The notes under the pieces are model-generated. The model ran no database searches, was not told the origin of the DNA, and worked only from the letters and a program-made list of their open reading frames with translations. Positions 39,427 through 47,683 of a stretch of DNA of 64,000 nt are shown piece after piece (within the stretch, counting starts at the first letter, position 1; each line of letters opens with the position of its first letter). A program made the translations under genes and the position numbers. Origin of the DNA: Rickettsiales bacterium. Its GTDB lineage: Bacteria > Pseudomonadota > Alphaproteobacteria > Rickettsiales > JABIRX01. The stretch spans positions 141 through 64,140 of the forward strand of contig JABJMA010000019.1 of the NCBI GenBank assembly GCA_018659605.1, written 5' to 3'.

Positions 39427-41826
39427 ATGGTTGCTACAAAAAATAATAAAAAAGAAAATCAGGAGTTCTATGCTCTTCCACTACGTGATGTAGTTGTATT
39501 TCCTGACATGATCTTTCCTTTATTTGTTGGTCGAACAAAATCTGTTATTGCCTTAGAAAAGGCAATGGAAGATGAAAAGGAGTTATTTCTTGTTACGCAG
39601 AAATCTCCTTCAGTAGACGATGTTACTTCAAGTGATTTGTATCAGATGGGTGCGTTAGCACGTATAATTCAATTGTTAAAATTACCAGATGGTACATTAA
39701 AGGTTCTGATTGAAACAAAATCACGAGCAAAGATGGTTAAATTTTCAACAGATGGCGCTGCCTTTATGGCTGAGGTTGGTTTTGTGAGTGAAACAAATGC
39801 TAACAATAAAAATTGTGAGGCTTTAAGGCGGTCGATAGTTACAAAGTTTAAGGAATATATTAAATTAGAGGAAAGAATTCCAACGGATCTTGTTACTGCA
39901 ATTATTGAGATTAAGGAATTTGCTAAACTTTCTGATCATATAATATCAAGTTTGCCACTAAAAATTGAGGATAAGCAGAAGGGATTAGAGGAGTTGAATA
40001 TTTATAAGAGACTAGAATATGCGTATAAGATTTTAGGCTCTGAATATCAAATTCTAGAAACGGAAAGTAAAATTCGCAATCGAATAAAAAGCCAGGTTGA
40101 GAATTCTCAGCGGGAATATTACCTCAATGAGCAACTTAAAGCTATCAAGAAAGAGCTGGGTGATTCATCTGTTGAGGAAGGCGATGAAATAAAGGTTTTT
40201 GAGGCTTTAATTAAAAAAAGTAAATGCACGGTTGAGGCAAAGAAAAAGGCAGAGAGTGAGTTGCGTAAATTAAAAACAATGAACCCTATGGCTTCTGAGG
40301 CTGGTATAGTAAGGAGTTACTTAGAGTGGTTATTGCATGTTCCTTGGAAGAAGCCTACAAAGCTGACGATTGATCTTGAGAGGGCAGAAGCAATATTAGG
40401 GGAAAAACATTATGGTCTGGAGAAAGTAAAAGAGAAAATAGTAGAATATATAGCTGTTAATAAGAGAGTTGGTAAAATAAAAGGGTCTATCTTATGTTTA
40501 GTTGGACCTCCAGGAGTTGGAAAAACATCATTGGGGCGCTCTATTGCTGACAGTATGGGTAGAAAGTTTGTTAAGATGTCTTTAGGGGGGATTCGTGACG
40601 AATCTGAAATCAGAGGACATAGAAGAACATATATTGGGGCATTACCTGGAAAAATAATACAGCAAATGAAAAAGGCAGGAACATCTAACCCGTTGTTTTT
40701 ACTAGACGAAATAGATAAGATGGGCTCTGATTTTAGAGGTGATCCGGCTTCTGCATTGCTTGAGGTATTAGATCCGGAACAGAATAATAGCTTTAATGAT
40801 CATTATTTAGAGGTGGATTATGATTTATCTGATGTTTTATTTGTAACTACTGCAAATAGTCTAGATATTCCGCATGCTCTTCGAGATCGAATGGAGGTTA
40901 TAAGGTTATCAGGTTATACAGAGGATGAGAAACTGGAGATAGCTAAGAGATTTTTACTACCTAAGCAAATAATTAATGCTGGATTGAAGGAAGAGGAAAT
41001 CAATGTTTCGGATGATGCTATAACAGAAGTTATAAAGAAATATACCTATGAGGCCGGTGTTAGAAATCTCGAAAGAGAAATATCAAGCTTAACACGTAAG
41101 ATTACCAAAAAAATTGATACAAATACTAAGATTTCAAAGGTTAGTGTAAATTCTGCTAATATTAAAAATTTTCTTGGGGTAGCTAAATATGATCATGGTA
41201 AAATCCTAGACCAAGATCGTATTGGAGTTTCAACTGGTCTAGCATATACAGAGTTTGGAGGCGATGTACTCTCAATAGAAAGCGTAAGACTTCCAGGTAA
41301 AAGTGAAATTGAATATACTGGCAAGCTAGGAGATGTTATGAAAGAGTCAATACAGGCTGCTTATAGTTACTTTAGATCAACTTGCTTAGAATACGGAGTT
41401 ACCAGTACTGAAATCCAAAAAAGTAAAATTCATATTCACGTTCCTGAAGGAGCTACGCCTAAAGATGGTCCATCTGCAGGTGTGGCTATTTGTACATCCA
41501 TAGTATCATTGATGACTGGTATTCCTATTAGCAAGTATGTTGCTATGACTGGTGAGATTACTTTAAGGGGTAGGATTTTACCAATAGGTGGTTTAAAAGA
41601 GAAGTTATTAGCTGCAAAACGTGCTGGCATTAAAACGGTTTTAATACCTAAGCAGAATGAGAAGGATCTTGCAGAGCTGGCTAAGAAAGTCACAAAAGGT
41701 TTAAAAATAATTACAGTCTCAGAGTTCTCTGAGGTAATACCTTTTGCACTAACAAAAATTCCTAAAAAAATAAAAGTTGAGAACCAGGTTTCATCAAATT
41801 CTAAGGCTGAGAGATTGGCACATTAA
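39427..41826 (+). CDS. lon: Lon protease
   Basis: LON N-domain, AAA+ domain (GPPGVGKTS), and a Ser-Lys protease domain (PKDGPSAGV). Confidence 0.95.
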   Translation: MVATKNNKKENQEFYALPLRDVVVFPDMIFPLFVGRTKSVIALEKAMEDEKELFLVTQKSPSVDDVTSSDLYQMGALARIIQLLKLPDGTLKVLIETKSRAKMVKFSTDGAAFMAEVGFVSETNANNKNCEALRRSIVTKFKEYIKLEERIPTDLVTAIIEIKEFAKLSDHIISSLPLKIEDKQKGLEELNIYKRLEYAYKILGSEYQILETESKIRNRIKSQVENSQREYYLNEQLKAIKKELGDSSVEEGDEIKVFEALIKKSKCTVEAKKKAESELRKLKTMNPMASEAGIVRSYLEWLLHVPWKKPTKLTIDLERAEAILGEKHYGLEKVKEKIVEYIAVNKRVGKIKGSILCLVGPPGVGKTSLGRSIADSMGRKFVKMSLGGIRDESEIRGHRRTYIGALPGKIIQQMKKAGTSNPLFLLDEIDKMGSDFRGDPASALLEVLDPEQNNSFNDHYLEVDYDLSDVLFVTTANSLDIPHALRDRMEVIRLSGYTEDEKLEIAKRFLLPKQIINAGLKEEEINVSDDAITEVIKKYTYEAGVRNLEREISSLTRKITKKIDTNTKISKVSVNSANIKNFLGVAKYDHGKILDQDRIGVSTGLAYTEFGGDVLSIESVRLPGKSEIEYTGKLGDVMKESIQAAYSYFRSTCLEYGVTSTEIQKSKIHIHVPEGATPKDGPSAGVAICTSIVSLMTGIPISKYVAMTGEITLRGRILPIGGLKEKLLAAKRAGIKTVLIPKQNEKDLAELAKKVTKGLKIITVSEFSEVIPFALTKIPKKIKVENQVSSNSKAERLAH

Positions 41827-41980
41827 ATGCTGAGAAATTTAGTTTAATGAATGTTTTGCTCCACATCATATATATATCGAAAATTTATAAATAAAAAACT
41901 CTTGATAATACATATCAAGTGACTATACCATCAACTTCACCAGGTGTATTCCTGTAGTGAAAGTGACATTTTAAAATTAT

Positions 41981-42056
41981 GGGCGATTAGCTCAGCTGGT
42001 AGAGCATCTCGTTTACACCGAGGAGGTCGGCAGTTCGAACCTGTCATCGCCCACCA
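41981..42056 (+). tRNA. tRNA-Val (anticodon TAC)
   Basis: Acceptor GGGCGAT/ATCGCCC, anticodon loop TTTACAC, T-arm AGTTCGAACCT, and an encoded CCA. Confidence 0.9.
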
Positions 42057-42094
42057 TAATTTTGCTATCTATTTTAGATAGCAGTTAACACCCT

Positions 42095-42171
42095 GGGGGT
42101 GTAGCTCAGTTGGTTAGAGCGCCTGCCTGTCACGCAGGAGGCCGAGGGTTCAAGTCCCTTCACTCCCGCCA
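42095..42171 (+). tRNA. tRNA-Asp (anticodon GTC)
   Basis: Acceptor GGGGGTG/CACTCCC, anticodon stem CCTGC/GCAGG with loop CTGTCAC, T-arm GGTTCAAGTCC, and an encoded CCA. Confidence 0.9.
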
Positions 42172-42346
42172 CTCTCCAATTATAAGTATCTCATACCCTT
42201 ACAGATTATTTGCTTTAATCTTAAAAATACTTTCTATAACGCATTAGAATTGATTTTTTTTAGAGTTCAGCATTTTAACTTTTTATAATTTAATGTTAAT
42301 CATATGTGTTAAAAGAGGTTAAGACGAATAGGTTTGGTCTAAATGG

Positions 42347-42389
42347 AAAGGTTAGGGTCTTATTGATTCTGCATCTGTCCCTAACCTTT
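42347..42389. repeat. Perfect 11-bp inverted repeat (AAAGGTTAGGG / CCCTAACCTTT) with a 21-nt spacer
   Basis: Read directly from the sequence. It lies in the AT-rich gap between tRNA-Asp and the first giant ORF, about 145 bp upstream of its ATG. Confidence 0.6.
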
Positions 42390-42532
42390 ATAATGTCAAT
42401 GATGTTGGTTGTCGGGCTACTGCTATATTACTGAGAAATAAGATTAATTTATTCGTAAATGAAAAAATAGATGTCTAAAACAATAAAGCATAGTATGGAG
42501 GAATATAACCCTTTTTGGTAATAGAGGTTGTA

Positions 42533-44953
42533 ATGAGACAAGGTCATAAAAGCGAAGAAAAAGTTGAGGATATTTTAATATCATTAAAAGATCCGAATTT
42601 AATAAGTTTTATAAATTCAGAATATGAGCAGCCTAGTAGTGTTTTTTTAAGATCCAAACAATTCAGCATAAAAGCAAAGAGTCATTTGATTGCTACTAGT
42701 ATTACAAAGTTAGAAGCATCGATTGATTATGCTCGTAAGCAATATAGCCTTACCAAGGATGGTGAAAAAAGCAGAGATATTAAAAAAAATATTATGACAC
42801 AATATTCATTAATATTTGTATTATTAGCGATTAATCACTCTATGTCATCTGATGGTGAGCAATTAAGCTTCCAAAATGAAATTATGATGGGGAAAGTGGT
42901 TGAAGAGTTAGGGCTACACCAAGAGAAAGATCATTTTGAGAATTCTTTAACCCGGGTGTTTCTGATTCATTTACCACGAATAGTTTATAAATTCAGCAGT
43001 GATATTGTTAATACTAACAGAGTATATCAGTTATTAAGTGGAGGAAATCAAGATATACATGGTCAAGAAGGTGCAAATGAAAACGTTCAATTTATCAAGA
43101 ATTTATTAGTGTATCTAAATGAGATAAATGTTAATGATTTTTTTCCTCATCAGCATCAGGATGAAGAAATTTTGGGTAATTATAATTTCAATCCATATGG
43201 TTGGGCTATTCAAGATATACCCACAAGCTTTATGACTGATAAGATAGAATATAGTTTACCTGGAATAGATGAATTCTGGATGAAAAATAATTATTCAAAT
43301 ATATCACAATATCTTGTGTTTTTATTAGGTGATATATTGTGTCAGCATCAGCATAATATTACATTTGAGATGTTATGCCTAAATCCTGGCTATCCTTACA
43401 CATTAAAAAATATGAATAAATTTGCGAATGATGAATTTCTTAAAAAGAAGGTTGATCTAATGCAGTTAGAACAGGGGCTGAACCAAAAAACAGGGATAGA
43501 GCAGGGCTTATCATCAATAAATACTCCTAAGAATCATATTTGGATTAAATCTGGTTTCGAAATGGAGATAGGCTTAGTAGATACTCCTGAGCCAAATAGC
43601 AATTTCGTCCAATTAGAGAGATGTAAGCAATTGATATGGGAGGAATTACATAATCTTAGAAAGGCACAATATGTGGATGCTGATGATAGTCAGGGCAGCT
43701 TAGAACAAGATAGTGAAGAGGATGTGAGGGAAGATGGGAAGTTTTTTGATATTAGTAATGATTTTCAAGGGCCGGCTAAAAGAAAACCGGCTTTTGATTT
43801 GTCTGATGCGGATAAAACAAGCTTTAAAAGGGTAAAATCGGGTGATATAGAGGTTTTAGACTTAGTAAGGACAAACTTTAATGCCCTGGCTAGAAGTGAG
43901 CATGCCCTATTGCATTTAATATTATGTAATGAGTTAGGTAAGAATATAGCTTTTATGGGAATACCAAGGGATAAGATGGTAACTACAATATTAAAGTATT
44001 TAGAACAAGGTGTATTTAGTCAAAACATTACTGATATTTATTATGCTTATGAAATAAATACTGATAAGCCTTGTGATTTACATGAAACAGTGGCATTAGC
44101 CCAAAATGTAGAACGGGCGATGAAAGAGTTTTATGCGCCAAATTTCGGTATTAAAATTGAACAAGCCCCATCATTTCAGCTTAACGTAAGTTTATGGACT
44201 TATGAGGATAGAGTTCAAAATAGTGGTGAAGTAAATACCTCTAAGTCGGTGTCATTATATAGTCAACAAATAGTGAAAGTTGATGGTAAAAATATTGAAA
44301 AACATCAGCTAAATTGTATTCAACATTATAAATTTTACACTCATCTACTTGACAGAGTGAATATTAAGCTCACGGATTTAATTATAGATATGTCAGGTAT
44401 ATTTCGTTGTTCGAAGATTGTTTGTCACATTGATTATAAGGTTTATGATGAGGATAAAAGTAATGATAGTAATTTTATATCTGATTCGCCACGTACTTAT
44501 ACGCGTCATAGGGTGGGTAGTGATTTTATATCTGATTCGCCAAGTACTTATACGCGTCATAGGAAGGATAGTGCTAGATCGGCAACGATTAGGGTTGTAG
44601 GAACAACAGTAGATGATTCAAGATTTGAGATAAGGTTATTTGGTCCAAACGTTCATATGGAAGCACAAATGCCAAATAAGGAAACATTTAATGAAAGCAC
44701 ACTCCTGCAATCAAACCAATTGGCAATTATTGCTGAGAAGTTATTAGAAGCTATAGATGAAATTAATAAGGAACATGTGTTTCAGCCAGCATCTCTAATA
44801 GACAAATCTAGTGACAAAGAAAATATATTTAATAGGAGTAGGGCATTATCTGGATCCTATCACACTAAAACGGTATGTTTTGAAGGTGATGATATGCAAT
44901 GGGTCGATAAGCATCAAGCTGGTACTGATAATTTCTTGCATAAATCCTTATAA
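42533..44953 (+). CDS. Giant two-domain protein, paralog A: unknown N-terminal domain plus a divergent GS/GCS2/amidoligase-like (carboxylate-amine ligase) C-terminal domain
   Basis: The long ORF is open from 42515. The ATG at 42533 is preceded by AGAGG. The motif series reads GFEMEIGLVD, AYEINTDKPC, APSFQLNVSLW, TYTRHR (twice), SATIRVVG and SRFEIRLFGPNVH. It is collinear with the ORF at 45143-47683. Confidence 0.8.
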   Translation: MRQGHKSEEKVEDILISLKDPNLISFINSEYEQPSSVFLRSKQFSIKAKSHLIATSITKLEASIDYARKQYSLTKDGEKSRDIKKNIMTQYSLIFVLLAINHSMSSDGEQLSFQNEIMMGKVVEELGLHQEKDHFENSLTRVFLIHLPRIVYKFSSDIVNTNRVYQLLSGGNQDIHGQEGANENVQFIKNLLVYLNEINVNDFFPHQHQDEEILGNYNFNPYGWAIQDIPTSFMTDKIEYSLPGIDEFWMKNNYSNISQYLVFLLGDILCQHQHNITFEMLCLNPGYPYTLKNMNKFANDEFLKKKVDLMQLEQGLNQKTGIEQGLSSINTPKNHIWIKSGFEMEIGLVDTPEPNSNFVQLERCKQLIWEELHNLRKAQYVDADDSQGSLEQDSEEDVREDGKFFDISNDFQGPAKRKPAFDLSDADKTSFKRVKSGDIEVLDLVRTNFNALARSEHALLHLILCNELGKNIAFMGIPRDKMVTTILKYLEQGVFSQNITDIYYAYEINTDKPCDLHETVALAQNVERAMKEFYAPNFGIKIEQAPSFQLNVSLWTYEDRVQNSGEVNTSKSVSLYSQQIVKVDGKNIEKHQLNCIQHYKFYTHLLDRVNIKLTDLIIDMSGIFRCSKIVCHIDYKVYDEDKSNDSNFISDSPRTYTRHRVGSDFISDSPSTYTRHRKDSARSATIRVVGTTVDDSRFEIRLFGPNVHMEAQMPNKETFNESTLLQSNQLAIIAEKLLEAIDEINKEHVFQPASLIDKSSDKENIFNRSRALSGSYHTKTVCFEGDDMQWVDKHQAGTDNFLHKSL
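44472..44573 (+). repeat. In-frame 51-bp tandem duplication (2 units) inside paralog A
   Basis: Positions 44472-44512 and 44523-44563 are identical at 40 of 41 positions. They encode (N/D)FISDSP(R/S)TYTRHR twice. Confidence 0.9.
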
Positions 44954-45142
44954 ATCTATTAAGAGGGGGTATTTCTATTATAGAAGTATTGAGATGGACA
45001 AGATTTTTATTTACTTGAGTTTTCTTAGTAATGTCATTATGGTGAAACAGGAGTTGCAGGTTATGTTATAAAGGTTAACATATGTTCATGATCCAAGCGG
45101 TCATATATAGTAGTTAAGGGTTTTTAGAACCTTTGGAATAGC

Positions 45143-47683
45143 TTGCAAATTTTATGTGTTAAAGGGGATAAATTGAGCAGAAAAAATTCAAGAGAAGCGT
45201 CAGTATTAAACCGGATCATGCTACTTCCAGTGCCTCAGGAAGAGAAATTCTCTGATGAAGCAGGAACTCGTAGCAGTATGTCTGATGGATCTGGAGCTAC
45301 TAAATCTAGCATTGAGGCTATGGATGAGGCTCTAGAAGGGCTTTTGGCTAAATTGGATAGTTATGCTGGATTAGTCGATGAGCGCATCACGCAAGCGATG
45401 GCTTTGTTAGATGATATTGTTAGTAATCCCTCCTCAAGCCCTGCTACTACTAATGAACTAAAAAAGAATGATATTAAAAAGAATATCATGACATTTTATT
45501 CATTGAAATCTGTCTTGGAGGTCTTGTCAAACGGATTAAAACAGAGTGGAGCTAAATCCGTGGAGGAACTTTTTCCTAGTAAAGATGATATAGATACCCT
45601 TATTAGTGATTTTGGTAGTCACCCTAATCCAAATCATTTTGATAATTCTTTAACACGAGTATATTTGGTTCATTTGCCAAGGATAATAGATAGATTTCTA
45701 AAGGTATCTAACACTGAGGGCTTTACTCCTAAAAGAAATATTGCAGAAGTAATATTGTTGCGTAAGGATGAGGCTTTCAAGGATGAGGATGCTAAGGTTG
45801 ATAAGGGTGTGGATAAACAATTAGAGATTGAGGACAGCATTCAATTCGTTATGAATTTGTTAGTTTTACTCAATAGTATTAAAGTTAATAAATTTTATAA
45901 TCATGATAATACAGCAGATTGTTATCACTATGATTTTAATCCATATACAATATCTGAATTCACTGAGCGTCCAGCTGGATTTGTAACTGCACATGTTACA
46001 GACAATGATATAGCACAATTAGATGAGTTATGGATGAAGAATAATTATTCTAACATATCTCAATATATCACTTATTTACTATGTGATATATTACAAGTAG
46101 AGAATTTAAATTATCAGGATCCGAGAGCGGCATCGAAAGATGGAGTATCTGGCCAGGTAACAATAGAGGATTTATGTACAAATCCAGGCTATCCATATAC
46201 ATTAAAAGCATTAAATTTAGCAGCTATTAAGAAATTTGAAGAGCGTGAAGTTAATTTAGATGAGCTTGAGCAAAGGTTAGGAGTTGATCAAAAAGAAGAA
46301 GATGTACAAAGTGATGGCAGCTTATCAGTGCAAGATAATTCAGTGGGGGGAGTTAAGTCTGGAGGCGGAGGTAATACTGTTTTTCCAAATATTGACTCTT
46401 TAGTAATTGATGAGAAAGAGCAAGCGCAACCAGCGCCAAAAAATCAAATGGAGGTTAGGTCTGGCTTTGAGATAGAAGTTGGTATAATTGATGAGGTTAG
46501 TGAGTTAACAGTTGAGCAAAAAGAGAAATATGAAGATCTCCAGAGGTGTGTAAAGCGTGCTTTATTCAATAAAGCAACGAGCGAGATTTATAGGTTATCG
46601 GAGGATGCGCGAGATGAAATCGCAGAGAAATTAAAAAACTCATCTAGAAGCGAATTGATATTATTACATTTAATATTATGTAATGAATTAGGCGAAAATA
46701 TAGCCTTTATGGAGATGCCAAGAGAGAATATGGCTCAAAGAATAATAGGGCATTTAAGGGAAGGTAATTTAAAGCAGTCCATAACAGATCTTATTTATGC
46801 TTATGAGGTTAATATTGATAAACCATGTTCATTAAGTGAGACAATTAAAACTGCACAAGATGTTGAAAGTTTGCTAGTAGATTATTATGCACCAAATTTT
46901 GGTGTTAAAATTATTCAAGCCCCATCTTTTCAGTTGAATTTAAGTATGTGGGTTAAAGATAAGGATGGTAACTCAATAAATACGGCATGTCCAGCAAAGC
47001 AGTATACAGAGCTTGCTAATGGTAAAAAAACACTTCAATCTGTTAAATATACAGAATTCTATACCCATTTATTAGAAGAGGTAAATAAAGAGTTAACTAA
47101 ATTAATCACTGATGAGATTACAGGTATATTTCGTTGCTCCAAACTTGTCCCTCATATTGATTGGAAGGTTTACCCGCTAGAAGAGAGAAGATCTGGTACT
47201 GCACTCGCATCAGATGCAACTAGCTCATATACTAGGCATAGGCTTGATACAGGTAAATCAGCTTCTATTAGAGTCGTTGGTGGTGAAAGGAAGGATTCAA
47301 GATTTGAAATAAGGTTATTTGGTCCTAATGTTCATGCAGAAGCACAAATGCCTAATAAAGACACAATAAATGAAAATTTATTTAGGCAGTCAGACTTATT
47401 AGCTATTATAGCTGAGAGAGTTTTGATAGCTGTAGATAGGCTTAATTGTCGGGAAGTTTATGATGCCTCGGACTTATCCGTTGCTTGTAATGGGTTGTAT
47501 AAAAATTTTCAACGTGCTCGAGGTCTTTCTGGTTCAAGTTCTATTACAAATGGTTCTTTAATTTCTGGTTATACAGGTACTAGTGATTTCTTGGACTTTC
47601 CTCAGCTTGATGATTCTTTTTCTGATAAAGTTCAGTCAGCTGCGAATAAAGCTAGTCAATCTGATATATGTCGTGTCATGTAA
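45143..47683 (+). CDS. Giant two-domain protein, paralog B: unknown N-terminal domain plus a divergent GS/GCS2/amidoligase-like C-terminal domain
   Basis: It shares long identical blocks with paralog A (WMKNNYSNISQY, NPGYPYTLK, LLHLILCNELG, DSRFEIRLFGPNVH, AEAQMPNK). The start is uncertain: TTG 45143, TTG 45173 (after GGGGA) or ATG 45218. Confidence 0.8.
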   Translation: MQILCVKGDKLSRKNSREASVLNRIMLLPVPQEEKFSDEAGTRSSMSDGSGATKSSIEAMDEALEGLLAKLDSYAGLVDERITQAMALLDDIVSNPSSSPATTNELKKNDIKKNIMTFYSLKSVLEVLSNGLKQSGAKSVEELFPSKDDIDTLISDFGSHPNPNHFDNSLTRVYLVHLPRIIDRFLKVSNTEGFTPKRNIAEVILLRKDEAFKDEDAKVDKGVDKQLEIEDSIQFVMNLLVLLNSIKVNKFYNHDNTADCYHYDFNPYTISEFTERPAGFVTAHVTDNDIAQLDELWMKNNYSNISQYITYLLCDILQVENLNYQDPRAASKDGVSGQVTIEDLCTNPGYPYTLKALNLAAIKKFEEREVNLDELEQRLGVDQKEEDVQSDGSLSVQDNSVGGVKSGGGGNTVFPNIDSLVIDEKEQAQPAPKNQMEVRSGFEIEVGIIDEVSELTVEQKEKYEDLQRCVKRALFNKATSEIYRLSEDARDEIAEKLKNSSRSELILLHLILCNELGENIAFMEMPRENMAQRIIGHLREGNLKQSITDLIYAYEVNIDKPCSLSETIKTAQDVESLLVDYYAPNFGVKIIQAPSFQLNLSMWVKDKDGNSINTACPAKQYTELANGKKTLQSVKYTEFYTHLLEEVNKELTKLITDEITGIFRCSKLVPHIDWKVYPLEERRSGTALASDATSSYTRHRLDTGKSASIRVVGGERKDSRFEIRLFGPNVHAEAQMPNKDTINENLFRQSDLLAIIAERVLIAVDRLNCREVYDASDLSVACNGLYKNFQRARGLSGSSSITNGSLISGYTGTSDFLDFPQLDDSFSDKVQSAANKASQSDICRVM

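Noticed and set aside
42347-42389. Telomere-like TTAGGG/CCCTAA hexamers
   Set aside because: There is a single occurrence on each arm of a palindrome and no tandem array. I treat this as coincidence.
42172-42532. Integrase, att site or mobile-element boundary next to tRNA-Asp
   Set aside because: No integrase or transposase ORF is present, and I could see no direct repeat of the tRNA 3' end downstream of the module (checked by eye around 48.25-48.42 kb). The islet interpretation therefore rests only on position and content.
44418-44600. 60-aa alternative-frame ORF with an internal repeat (ILYLIR.VLIRVIG twice)
   Set aside because: The repeat merely reflects the 51-bp DNA duplication inside paralog A read in another frame. 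The ORF is nested in a well-supported long gene.
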